DNA from: Candidatus Wirthbacteria bacterium
Lineage (GTDB): Bacteria > Patescibacteriota > CG2-30-54-11
Direction of reading: 5' to 3'
DNA: 64,000 nt
Assembly (NCBI GenBank): GCA_903889905.1
Contig: CAISZI010000040.1
Span: forward strand, 148 to 64,147
The position numbers and the translations under genes were made by a program. The notes below the pieces were generated by a model, which saw nothing but the letters and a program-made list of their open reading frames with translations, was not told the origin of the DNA and did not search any database. Positions 38,555-48,048 of the stretch are shown one piece after another (the first letter of the stretch is position 1; each line of letters begins with the position of its first letter).

Positions 38555-39185
38555 CATGCTCACTTTGTTTACCCATCTTGGACTTACTGGCAAGTTGACC
38601 ACCCACGATGATGGGGATTGTCTGACGGTACTTCCTCTTTCGCGGCAGGCTCTGGTCACTGCCGAGCAGGTGCATGGCAATCGTTTGGTCTGGGTTGGCG
38701 CCAGTGATGCAGGTAAGCGCATGCCCGCTGTGGATGGCTTGCTGACAAGTGCCAGGGGAGTTGGTCTTGGGATGCGTGTCGCCGATTGCGTACCGATCTA
38801 TATCTGGCATGAGACGGTCGCGATTTATGGACTGGTGCATGCCGGCTGGAAAGGTATTGCGGCGGGCATCGAGACCAGCCTTACCCTTGAACTCGCTCAA
38901 CATTATCCACTCTCGTCATATCACTTTTACCTGGGGCCGGCGATTGGCGCATGTTGTTTTACGCTGGGGGCCGAAGCTTACAGGCAACTGGTTGGAGCAG
39001 AACAAGCCAATGCGTCACAAACCGTTGATCTCCGACTTCTCCTAAATAATCAGCTTGTCAGCCTTGGGGTCCCGGCCGTAAACATACAATGTGATGAGCG
39101 CTGCACCTGTTGCGACAAACAGTTTTATTCCTATCGCCGCGATCACACTCCTTTTCGGATGCTGGCGACCTGTGTGATGTCATGA
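38532..39185 (+). CDS. pgeF: YfiH/PgeF (laccase-domain) family protein; start uncertain
   Basis: QVHG, DGL, ADCVP, HAGWKG, GPAI, CTCC and SYRR. Confidence 0.85.
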   Translation: MTRLSINNMLTLFTHLGLTGKLTTHDDGDCLTVLPLSRQALVTAEQVHGNRLVWVGASDAGKRMPAVDGLLTSARGVGLGMRVADCVPIYIWHETVAIYGLVHAGWKGIAAGIETSLTLELAQHYPLSSYHFYLGPAIGACCFTLGAEAYRQLVGAEQANASQTVDLRLLLNNQLVSLGVPAVNIQCDERCTCCDKQFYSYRRDHTPFRMLATCVMS

Positions 39186-39244
39186 GCGTATAAATTTGTT
39201 AGAATGCGGGCAGTTATATTAGTCTAAACCAAACGAGGAATGTT

Positions 39245-40219
39245 TTGATTTACGGACATGAGAAAGCACGCGACTACTTGGCAGCAATGCTACAGCAGGG
39301 CAAACCAGCGCACGCCATCATGCTGATTGGTCCAGCCCAGATTGGCAAATTTCTGGTGGCGGAAGAATTCGCTGGAGCATTGTTGTGTGACCATTCGCAC
39401 CAAGGCAAAGCCTGTGGGCAATGCAAATCCTGCCAGATGATGCAGCGGCATGCCCACCCGGATGTGCTGCTGCTGTCACCCGATGCAGGCAAACAGACCA
39501 TTTCCGTGGAAACTTATCGGCAGGTGGAAGTGCAACTCTCGACCAGTGCCTTCATGGGTAAGCATAAAGTGTTGATTGTCCGCGATATGGATATGGCCAA
39601 TAACAGCGTGCAAAACGCAGCGCTCAAAACCATTGAAGAACCGCCCCGGGGCGTCATTCTGATTTTACTTTGTGCCCAGCGTGACCTGATTTTGCCGACG
39701 ATTTTGTCACGCGTCCTGCTGCTCAATTTAAATGATTTGCCCGTGGCTCAAACCCAGCAGTTTTTAGCAGAAAAGAAACTTGACGGCGACTGGGCCATGT
39801 TGTTACAGCTGCTTTGCGGGGGCAGGCCGGGAAAAATTTTGCAGCTACTGGCGCAGGAGGATTACCAGATTTCATTGTTGGCGCAGATCAGTGGTCATCT
39901 GGAGCTCCTGGGGCAGACCACGCAGGAACGCATGCGCGCACTGGCCATGCTCAAAATTGACAGTCTGGAGGGTGCATTGAACTGGCTTGATTTTGAACTG
40001 CAGCTGCTGCGCGAATGCGGCCGGTCAAATAGTCATTTATTTGCTATAATGCAGCGGCTGGGGCACACGACACTGTCAGTTGATTGCAGTCAGCCGGCGA
40101 GGCTGGAGCAATTGCAGGCAAGTATGCGTCGTGGTATTGAAATCCGCGGATACCTCAAAGCGGGTATGAATTTTTCACTGCACTTAAACCAATTTTTACT
40201 TTCGCTTCCCCAATTATAG
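39245..40219 (+). CDS. holB: DNA polymerase III delta-prime subunit
   Basis: GPAQIGK, CGQCKSC, HPD, NAALKTIEEPP and LPTILSR. Confidence 0.92.
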   Translation: MIYGHEKARDYLAAMLQQGKPAHAIMLIGPAQIGKFLVAEEFAGALLCDHSHQGKACGQCKSCQMMQRHAHPDVLLLSPDAGKQTISVETYRQVEVQLSTSAFMGKHKVLIVRDMDMANNSVQNAALKTIEEPPRGVILILLCAQRDLILPTILSRVLLLNLNDLPVAQTQQFLAEKKLDGDWAMLLQLLCGGRPGKILQLLAQEDYQISLLAQISGHLELLGQTTQERMRALAMLKIDSLEGALNWLDFELQLLRECGRSNSHLFAIMQRLGHTTLSVDCSQPARLEQLQASMRRGIEIRGYLKAGMNFSLHLNQFLLSLPQL

Positions 40220-40231
40220 TTAGGAGCGCGG

Positions 40232-41086
40232 ATGGCAGTAACGGATTTAGTCGATGTGGTGGGAGTCACCTTTCAAAATAACGGCCAGATTTATTATTTT
40301 ACACCTGGACAGCATAGTCTCAAGCCCAAGCAGCAGGTACTGGTAGAAACCACCAAAGGCAAGGAAGTCGGTTTGATTAAATTCATGACCAAATTGCACC
40401 TGTCCAAGGTTACCGTGCCACTTAAGGAAATTTTGCGTGAAGCCACGGAAGCCGAAATTCTCGACAAGCAAAGTTACGCAGATAAAGTCGCAGCAACACT
40501 CAAAACCTGTGCTGCCAAAGTGGTGGAACATGGACTTTCGATGAAACTGGTGGATGCCAGTTATTCCTATGATGGCAAGCGGTTGACTTTTTATTTCACA
40601 GCCGAGGGACGGGTTGATTTCCGGGAACTGGTCAAGGATCTGGCCAAAGTGTTTTGTACGCGCATCGATCTCAAACAAATCGGCCCGCGGGATGAATCCA
40701 AACTCAAAAACGGCATGGGCATCTGTGGACGCGTCCTGTGCTGCGGCAGCTGTCTTGTCCGCCCCAATTCCCCGACGATCAAAATGGCACGCAATCAGCA
40801 GCTCAGCACCCGCAATACTGACAAGATCTCCGGCCTGTGCGGTCGCCTCAAATGCTGTCTCGAGTACGAAGACGAAACGTATGAAGCCTTACAGAAGAAT
40901 CTGATCGAGATTGGCAGCATTGTCAGTTACAAAGGCAAGGAAATGAAGCTGATCGATTACAAACTGCTCAAACAAAACGCACTGCTGATCGAAGTGGTTG
41001 ACGGTATGAACCGTTATGTCGAAATACCCATCGCGGATCTTGTTGTTGTCAAACCAGCTGTTCAATCGGTGGAAAACCATTCATGA
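40232..41086 (+). CDS. PSP1/YaaT (RicT) family protein
   Basis: RVDFRELVKDL, GICGRVLCC and SGLCGRLKCCLEYE; follows holB. Confidence 0.92.
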   Translation: MAVTDLVDVVGVTFQNNGQIYYFTPGQHSLKPKQQVLVETTKGKEVGLIKFMTKLHLSKVTVPLKEILREATEAEILDKQSYADKVAATLKTCAAKVVEHGLSMKLVDASYSYDGKRLTFYFTAEGRVDFRELVKDLAKVFCTRIDLKQIGPRDESKLKNGMGICGRVLCCGSCLVRPNSPTIKMARNQQLSTRNTDKISGLCGRLKCCLEYEDETYEALQKNLIEIGSIVSYKGKEMKLIDYKLLKQNALLIEVVDGMNRYVEIPIADLVVVKPAVQSVENHS

Positions 41087-42207
41087 ACAACGTGGTTCTG
41101 AATTTCGCTTTTGGCATTTCCCTGACATTGCTGCTGGCGGGCATTGCTGTCCTGCTAAGTTTGTTTTTGCCCGAACGCGCGCAGGAAAAAACACTGGAGA
41201 CGGTACACGAGCGGACGCATTTGCAGGAACAACGCAAACTATCCCTGACACGGCGGGCACGACTTGCACTGAAGCAGGGGATTTTTGAATTTGCCGAGGA
41301 CTTGCTTTATCAGGCAAGTGGCATTGACGACCGGGACGCGGCGGTTTTGGAGCAACTGGCTGTTTCATTGCAAAAACAGGGGAAATTCCACAAAGCCAGA
41401 ATTATTGCCGAAAAACTGGTAGGGTTGGTTCCGACCGAAGCCAATTTGAATCAGCTTGGTGTCATCTATCAGGCGATTGGCGATGAAGACGAGGACATTG
41501 CCTATTACGAACGCAGTATTGCCTGCTATCAGGCAGTGCTCAAAAAAAATCCGGATAATCTGGACTCATTGATTGGTATTGGTAAAGCATTTGAGCATAG
41601 CGGTGATAACGTGGGAGCCATTGCTTCTTTTCTTAAAGTCATTGAGCAGCATCCACATCAATACGAAATTGTGGTCAGAGTGGCAGATTTGTTCAGAGCT
41701 TTGCGCGACCTCAAAGGACTGGAAACGCATTTGCTCAAGGCAGTCGATTATTTTCCCGAAGATGCAGAGATTTTTAAACGACTCACTGAGTTATATTTTC
41801 GCCAGAAACGTTTTACCGATATTGTCGCCATGGAGCCCAAGTTAACTCCGGGCAAACTGGCCGAGGACAGCGTCGTCAAGTGTCTGTCTCTCAGCTATTT
41901 TTATCTCAAATCCTATGTCGACGCCAAACGCCTGATCGAAATGCTGGTCGAACGGGATCCCGGGCGTGCCAGTCATTATTATAATTACGCGTTGATTTTG
42001 CATGCCATGGGAGACAAAAAGCTGGCACTGGCGCAGTTGCAGAAAAGCATTGACCGGGATGATACCACGGCTGCTTTTTACTATCTGCGCGCCAAAATTT
42101 GTCTTGAACTGGGCAACAAAGCTGACGCTATTCCCGCGCTGCAACGCGTTGTGGAACTGGATGGCGATCACTTTGAGGCACGCCAGCAACTGCGGAGGCT
42201 GGCCTGA
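41083..42207 (+). CDS. Membrane-anchored TPR repeat protein
   Basis: N-terminal TM helix and multiple TPR-pattern repeats. Confidence 0.85.
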   Translation: MNNVVLNFAFGISLTLLLAGIAVLLSLFLPERAQEKTLETVHERTHLQEQRKLSLTRRARLALKQGIFEFAEDLLYQASGIDDRDAAVLEQLAVSLQKQGKFHKARIIAEKLVGLVPTEANLNQLGVIYQAIGDEDEDIAYYERSIACYQAVLKKNPDNLDSLIGIGKAFEHSGDNVGAIASFLKVIEQHPHQYEIVVRVADLFRALRDLKGLETHLLKAVDYFPEDAEIFKRLTELYFRQKRFTDIVAMEPKLTPGKLAEDSVVKCLSLSYFYLKSYVDAKRLIEMLVERDPGRASHYYNYALILHAMGDKKLALAQLQKSIDRDDTTAAFYYLRAKICLELGNKADAIPALQRVVELDGDHFEARQQLRRLA

Positions 42208-42920
42208 TGCACCGTTTTTATGTGGACACACCGCTTGCTGCCTGTAGCGACCTTACCCTCGACAAAATCCAGTCGCACCAGATCGAACACGTTCTCAGGC
42301 TCAAGCCGGGGGAGGCACTGCGGGTGTTTAATCAAGGCGGTGAATTTGAAGCAGTGATCGCTGCCATTGACCGGCATCAGGTGCGTGTCGCGCTGCAGTC
42401 GCCTCTGGCCATTGCGCTCCCCGGTGCCGTGGCAATTACTTTGTTTGTCGCCATGATCAAGCCTGCCAAAATGGATTGGCTGGTGCAAAAAGCCACGGAA
42501 CTGGGCGTACGTGAAATTGTTCCGCTCAAAACCAAGCGTTCGCAGGTGGAGCATTTCAATCACGAACGTTTTGGTAAAATTGCCCAGGAAGCCACGGAGC
42601 AGTGCGAACGCCTGGATATTCCTTCGCTTTGCGCCATCGTATCCCTGCCAGACGCCCTGTCTAAGTTTAAGGGTCTAAAACTGGTTGCCTGTGAGCGGCA
42701 TGGTCAAAATCCATTGCCGGATATTTTTGCCAAACGGCCCGAGATGCCAGCGCAGATTGGCTTGTTTATCGGTCCGGAAGGCGGTTGGACAGAGGATGAG
42801 ATTGTCTTGTCCAGCCAATGTGGAGCACAGCGCGTGGGGTTGGGGAAACGCATTTTGCGCACCGAGACAGCCTGCTTGACACTACTGGCACTGGTACAGC
42901 ATTATGTCGGTGAGATTTAG
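42207..42920 (+). CDS. rsmE: 16S rRNA m3U1498 methyltransferase
   Basis: HVLRL, QKATELG, EATEQC, IGPEGG and LGKRILRTETA. Confidence 0.95.
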   Translation: MHRFYVDTPLAACSDLTLDKIQSHQIEHVLRLKPGEALRVFNQGGEFEAVIAAIDRHQVRVALQSPLAIALPGAVAITLFVAMIKPAKMDWLVQKATELGVREIVPLKTKRSQVEHFNHERFGKIAQEATEQCERLDIPSLCAIVSLPDALSKFKGLKLVACERHGQNPLPDIFAKRPEMPAQIGLFIGPEGGWTEDEIVLSSQCGAQRVGLGKRILRTETACLTLLALVQHYVGEI

Positions 42921-42941
42921 CTTTTTGGGAGGAACTGCCAG

Positions 42942-43424
42942 ATGGAAATAAAGTCAGTGGCGATTGAAAAACCATTGGAAGTCAATTTTATCCTGGGGCA
43001 GTCACATTTTATTAAAACCGTGGAAGATATCCAGGAAGCCATGGCGAACGTCAATCCTGCCATCCAATACGGTTTGGCTTTTGCCGAATCCTCGGGCCCC
43101 TGCCTGATTCGCAAAGCCGGTAATAAACCTGAATTGGTGGAACTCGCGGTCAAGAATTTGCAAGCGATTGGTTGTGGTCACAGCTTTATCCTGTTCCTGG
43201 GCAATGCCTTTCCCATCAATGTGTTACCCACGTTACGGGCCATTCCCGAGATCGTGGGGTTTTATTGTGCCACCGCCAATACTTGTGAGGTGATTGTGGC
43301 CGAAACCAGCCTTGGCCGGGGCATCATGGGCGTTGTCGACGGGGGAGTGCCGCAGGGCGTGGAAAATGATAAAGAGGCCCAGGCCCGCAACCAGTTGCTG
43401 AAGCATTTTGGCTATAAATTTTAG
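42942..43424 (+). CDS. Adenosine-specific kinase (DUF355) family protein
   Basis: NFILGQSHFIKTVED, AFAESSG, FPINVL, CATAN and GRGIMGVVDG. Confidence 0.88.
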   Translation: MEIKSVAIEKPLEVNFILGQSHFIKTVEDIQEAMANVNPAIQYGLAFAESSGPCLIRKAGNKPELVELAVKNLQAIGCGHSFILFLGNAFPINVLPTLRAIPEIVGFYCATANTCEVIVAETSLGRGIMGVVDGGVPQGVENDKEAQARNQLLKHFGYKF

Positions 43425-43509
43425 AATAAGCTGGAGACGTTGCCACGGGAAGTCAGTTTTGGTATTATTACTTGCGTCGTCAGATTTTTTAGAGAAAGGG
43501 GTGAGGTAA

Positions 43510-43704
43510 TTGTTAAAAGTTAATGTCGGCAAGACAGAACCAGTCGAAGCGGCGCTTAAGCGTTTGCTGAAGAAGGTACAGAAGGCCGGACTGATTGCAG
43601 AAGTCAAACGCCGTGAGTTTTTCGAATCGCCAGAACTCCGCAAAAAACGCCGTAAAGCCGCGGCCATCCGCAAAGAACGTAAAAAAGCAGGACTTCCCCT
43701 CTAA
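43510..43704 (+). CDS. rpsU: 30S ribosomal protein bS21
   Basis: EAALKR...KAG...EVKRREFFESP; TTG start after GAGG; followed by YqeY. Confidence 0.92.
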   Translation: MLKVNVGKTEPVEAALKRLLKKVQKAGLIAEVKRREFFESPELRKKRRKAAAIRKERKKAGLPL

Positions 43705-43722
43705 AGTAGTGGACCTGACATC

Positions 43723-43758
43723 AAACCCTCAAGCTCTGGCAGTGTTGAGGGTTTTTTT
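43723..43758 (+). terminator. Intrinsic terminator after rpsU
   Basis: AAACCCTCAA...TTGAGGGTTTTTTT. Confidence 0.8.
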
Positions 43759-43778
43759 GTTCTTACTGAGGAATTGCT

Positions 43779-44225
43779 ATGGTAGCAAAACTATTTGAAC
43801 AGCTTCGCCATGACCTCAAAAGTGCGATGCTCAATCACGAAGATCTCCGCAAAGATACGATTCGCCTGATCATTGCTGCGTTTAAAAAAATAGAAGCCGA
43901 TACTGGCAAAGACGTTGACGATGATGATTGCCTGAACATTCTGCTGCGGGAAAAGAAAACCCGCCAGGAAAGTGTGGAACAGTACCGCCTGGGAGGCCGT
44001 GAAGATTTGGCGCAGAGAGAGCTGGCCGAGATCAGTATCATCGACCTGTATCTGCCAGTACCAATGAGTGATGCCGATGTGGAAGCTACAGTAGCGCGCG
44101 TCATGGCTGAGACGGAAGCTGTGACAGCCAAGGACATGGGCAAAGTCATGGCTGGCCTGGGAGCCTTGCGCGGGAAAGCTGACATGAAAAAAGTGAGTGC
44201 ACTGGTACGGGCAAAACTTAGCTAA
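43779..44225 (+). CDS. GatB/YqeY domain protein
   Basis: KTRQESVEQY..GGREDLA, YLP and KDMGKVM. Confidence 0.92.
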   Translation: MVAKLFEQLRHDLKSAMLNHEDLRKDTIRLIIAAFKKIEADTGKDVDDDDCLNILLREKKTRQESVEQYRLGGREDLAQRELAEISIIDLYLPVPMSDADVEATVARVMAETEAVTAKDMGKVMAGLGALRGKADMKKVSALVRAKLS

Positions 44226-44240
44226 TTTGGGAAAACGACC

Positions 44241-45197
44241 ATGACTTTTCTGGTAAGTGGTTCCATTGCCTATGACAATATCATGACGTTTGGTGGCAAA
44301 TTCAAAGAGCACATCCTGCCCGACAAAATGCATGTGCTGAATGTCAGTTTTCTGGTGGACTCGATGCACAAGAATTTTGGTGGAACGGGTGGTAACATTG
44401 CTTACAATTTGCGACTTCTGGATCAACCGGTTAGTTTGTTTGGCACGGTGGGGAAGGATTTTGACAGTTATCGCGAGCATTGCCTCAGTCAGGGCATCGA
44501 CTTGAGTGGCGTGCGGGAATTTGCCGATCTGCATACCGCATCGTGCTTCATTACTACTGACCGTGACAATAATCAGATCACCGGTTTCTATCCGGGCGCG
44601 ATGACGAAATCTGCAGCCACCCAGATCGCGATGCTCTCGAATTTGAGTGAGATCGACTTTGCCATCATTGCGCCAGACGATCCCAAAGCCATGCTCGAGC
44701 ACGCGGAGCAGTGTCGGCTTGCTCGCATTCCCTTTGTCATGGACATTGGACAGCAGGTGATTGCTTTCGGTGGCGAAGACTTGCTGGCAGCGATTGCGGG
44801 GGCGACGACGCTTATTGGCAACGATTATGAAATTGAAACGTTTCAACGCAAAACGGGTAAAACTTTAAAGCAGCTGCTCGCTGAGCTGGATTATCTGATC
44901 GTCACCAAGGGCGGTAGTGGATCAGTGATTCATACTGCTGCCGCATCATTTGACATCCCTGCGGCTGAGCCCACACAAGTCGTTGATCCTACTGGTGCCG
45001 GCGACGCCTATCGGGCTGGCATTCTGACCGGACTTAAGCTGCAATTACCCTTGGCACAAACCGGGCGCATTGCCAGTTTGATTGCATGCTATGCCGTTGA
45101 GGAATATGGCACCCAAAACCATCACTTCAGTCACCACGATTTTTGTACCCGTTATCAGCAGAATTTTGATCAGGTTTGTCCAATTCTATTAAATTGA
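44241..45197 (+). CDS. PfkB family kinase (adenosine/nucleoside kinase-like)
   Basis: SGSIAYD, GGTGGNIA, NQITGFYPGAM and DPTGAGDAY. Confidence 0.9.
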   Translation: MTFLVSGSIAYDNIMTFGGKFKEHILPDKMHVLNVSFLVDSMHKNFGGTGGNIAYNLRLLDQPVSLFGTVGKDFDSYREHCLSQGIDLSGVREFADLHTASCFITTDRDNNQITGFYPGAMTKSAATQIAMLSNLSEIDFAIIAPDDPKAMLEHAEQCRLARIPFVMDIGQQVIAFGGEDLLAAIAGATTLIGNDYEIETFQRKTGKTLKQLLAELDYLIVTKGGSGSVIHTAAASFDIPAAEPTQVVDPTGAGDAYRAGILTGLKLQLPLAQTGRIASLIACYAVEEYGTQNHHFSHHDFCTRYQQNFDQVCPILLN

Positions 45198-46030
45198 GGC
45201 CGAAGATGCGACCCACGCTGGATAAGAGCACGACGCCGATTGTTACCATCACCACTGACTTTGGCGAGCATTTTGCCACGGCGCAGATGGAAGGGGTTCT
45301 GCTTGGCATCAACCCAACTGTCAAAATCGTCAACATTACTGACCATGTAAGGCCTTTCAATATTCTGGAAGGTAGCTTTATTCTGATGCAAACCAGTCGC
45401 TTTTTTCCCAGCGGCACCATACACGTCGCCATTGTCGATCCTGGTGTTGGCTCCAAGCGGCGCGGACTGGTAATCAAAACACATAAATCGTACTTTATCG
45501 GACCAGATAATGGCTTGTTTATGCCGATTATCAAAAATCAGGTGTTTGAGTGGGCGATCGCGATCGATGAAGAACATTTTCCCAATAAATCCAACACTTT
45601 TCATGGCCGCGACGTGTTTATCAAAATCGCCGGGTTTCTTTCTCGTGGCGACGATGTGTCCAAACTAGGTGACAAAATTGATCTGGCCGCATTGGTTCCC
45701 ATGGACCTGCATCTGGACCAGATTGTGCATATCGATGGCTTTGGCAATATCAAAATTAACCGTGCCGCGCTCACTGTCCCGTTTGGAACTGTCGTCCCTG
45801 TCGTCCACAAGGAACGCGAATTTACCGCACGCTATGAACGTACCTTTAGCGATGTTGGTATTGGGGAATGGGTACTGGCGGTGGGCAGCCATGACGTACT
45901 GGAACTGGCCATGAATCAGGGCAATGCGTCCAAGGTGCTGGGTGCCCGAGTGGGCGATGTGGTCTCCGTGACGGAACCAGACAATGTTTCCAGCCAGACT
46001 GGACCAACGTTGTTTGAAATCAATAATTAA
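45176..46030 (+). CDS. SAM hydroxide adenosyltransferase (DUF62/chlorinase-like); start probably near 45206
   Basis: [24 protein letters not shown] and IDGFGN. Confidence 0.9.
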   Translation: MSNSIKLRPKMRPTLDKSTTPIVTITTDFGEHFATAQMEGVLLGINPTVKIVNITDHVRPFNILEGSFILMQTSRFFPSGTIHVAIVDPGVGSKRRGLVIKTHKSYFIGPDNGLFMPIIKNQVFEWAIAIDEEHFPNKSNTFHGRDVFIKIAGFLSRGDDVSKLGDKIDLAALVPMDLHLDQIVHIDGFGNIKINRAALTVPFGTVVPVVHKEREFTARYERTFSDVGIGEWVLAVGSHDVLELAMNQGNASKVLGARVGDVVSVTEPDNVSSQTGPTLFEINN

Positions 46031-48033
46031 CGCCGCATTTTGGTGATCTGATCGCGAATCATGGCGGCTTCTTCGAATTCCAGACGCTGGGCTGCGGCCT
46101 GAATGCGGCGTTCCATTTCTTTGATCAGCTTCAGTTTGTCGGTGGGTGAAAGATTGGCGACATCGATTTCTGGTGCTGCGGCAATCGGTTTGGGTTTGGC
46201 ACCTGTGTTGTCAAACATGTCTTCACGAATCGCTTTCATGATGGTTTGCGGTGTGATGCCGTTGTCTTTGTTGTATTGCACCTGAATCGCACGACGGCGG
46301 TTGGTTTCACGGATAGCAGCGTCCATGGATTTGGTCATGCGGCCAGCATACATGATGACTTTGCCCTCAACGTGACGGGCGGCGCGGCCAATTGTCTGGA
46401 TCAGGGCCGTTTCGCTGCGCAGGTAACTTTCCTTGTCCGCGTCCAGAATCGCGACCAGTGTGACTTCTGGGAGGTCCAGACCCTCTCGCAGCAGGTTGAT
46501 ACCTACCAGTACATCATAAACACCGAGCCGCAGGTCACGTAGAATGTCGACACGGTCCATGGTTTTGACGTCCGAGTGCAGATAGTTGGTTTTAATCCCA
46601 TTCTCGAGCAAATAGTCAGCCAGGTCTTCGGCCATTTTTTTGGTCAGGGTGGTGACGAGTGCGCGCTGGCCTTTTTGGACGCGGATTCTGACTTCCTTGA
46701 CCAGATCCTGGATCTGGTTTTCCACTGGACGGACTTCCAGCTCCGGATCGATCAGACCGGTCGGGCGCACCAGCTGTTCCACCGTTTGTTTGGAAAATTC
46801 CGCTTCATATTTGCTGGGAGTGGCCGAGACAAAAACGCACTGTTTGATGCGTTGCCAGAATTCACTGCCTTTGAGTGGCCGATTATCGCGTGCCGACGGC
46901 AGGCGGAAACCGTAGCGGATGAGCGTGTTTTTGCGCGATTTGTCGCCTTCGTACATGGCACCAATCTGCGGGATGGTCATGTGCGATTCGTCAATAAACA
47001 GCAGAAAATCCTGGGGAAAATAATCCAGCAGCACAAAAGGCGGATCACCGGGTTTGCGTTTATCAAAATGCCAGGAGTAATTTTCGATGCCGGGGCAATA
47101 ACCAGTCTCCTGCAGCATCTCAATGTCAAAGCGGGTGCGTTGTTCCAGCCTTTCGGCTTCCAGCAGAAACCCGTTGCCGCGCAGCTCTGGCAAGTAGGCA
47201 TTTAACTCTTTTTCGATGCTGACAATGGCGTCCTTGAGGCCTTCGCCAACGGCCACAAAGTGCGTCGCCGGGAAGATTTCGATTTCACCCAGTTCTTCCA
47301 GAATTTCACCGGTAAGTGGATCAAAAGTGCGGATTTTGTCGACATCATCGCCAAACAGTTCGAGCTTGATAGCGATTTCACCATAGGAGGGATAAACATC
47401 AATAACGTCGCCGTGGACGCGAAATTTACCCCGGCTGAAATCAAAGTCGTTGCGCTCAAACTGCATATTCGCAAGCCTTGTCAGTACTTCACGGCGGCCA
47501 ATGAACTGGCCTTTTTTGAGGTTCAGCGCGATTTTGAAATACTCGGTGGGTGAACCCAAACCATAAATGCAACTAATCGACGAAATAATGATGGTGTCGC
47601 GCCTGCTGAGCACACTCATGGTGGCCGAATGACGCAGACGCTCGATTTCTTCGTTGATCGAGGCGTCTTTTTCGATGTAGGTATCGGAAGTTGGGATGTA
47701 GGCTTCTGGCTGATAGTAATCGTAATAGCTGACAAAATATTCCACGGCGTTTTTGGGGAAAAATTCCTTGAATTCGGAATAAAGTTGAGCTGCCAGGGTT
47801 TTGTTGTGTGCCAGGATCAAGGCCGGGCGTTGTGTCTCGGCAATCACTTGGGCCATGGTGTAGGTTTTGCCACTACCAGTAACCCCGAGCAGGGTTTGTC
47901 GGTCAATGCCGGATTTCAGTCCCTCGACAAGTTTGGCAATGGCCTGGGGTTGGTCGCCTTTGGGAGAGTATGCGGTGGTTAGTTCAAAACGATTTTTTTT
48001 TTGACGTGCAAGCAGTTGTTCGGGCAAAATCAT
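46027..48033 (-). CDS. uvrB: Excinuclease ABC subunit B
   Basis: [24 protein letters not shown] and a C-terminal UVR motif. Confidence 0.98.
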   Translation of the reverse strand: MILPEQLLARQKKNRFELTTAYSPKGDQPQAIAKLVEGLKSGIDRQTLLGVTGSGKTYTMAQVIAETQRPALILAHNKTLAAQLYSEFKEFFPKNAVEYFVSYYDYYQPEAYIPTSDTYIEKDASINEEIERLRHSATMSVLSRRDTIIISSISCIYGLGSPTEYFKIALNLKKGQFIGRREVLTRLANMQFERNDFDFSRGKFRVHGDVIDVYPSYGEIAIKLELFGDDVDKIRTFDPLTGEILEELGEIEIFPATHFVAVGEGLKDAIVSIEKELNAYLPELRGNGFLLEAERLEQRTRFDIEMLQETGYCPGIENYSWHFDKRKPGDPPFVLLDYFPQDFLLFIDESHMTIPQIGAMYEGDKSRKNTLIRYGFRLPSARDNRPLKGSEFWQRIKQCVFVSATPSKYEAEFSKQTVEQLVRPTGLIDPELEVRPVENQIQDLVKEVRIRVQKGQRALVTTLTKKMAEDLADYLLENGIKTNYLHSDVKTMDRVDILRDLRLGVYDVLVGINLLREGLDLPEVTLVAILDADKESYLRSETALIQTIGRAARHVEGKVIMYAGRMTKSMDAAIRETNRRRAIQVQYNKDNGITPQTIMKAIREDMFDNTGAKPKPIAAAPEIDVANLSPTDKLKLIKEMERRIQAAAQRLEFEEAAMIRDQITKMRR

Positions 48034-48048
48034 GATGGTTCCCTAAAA

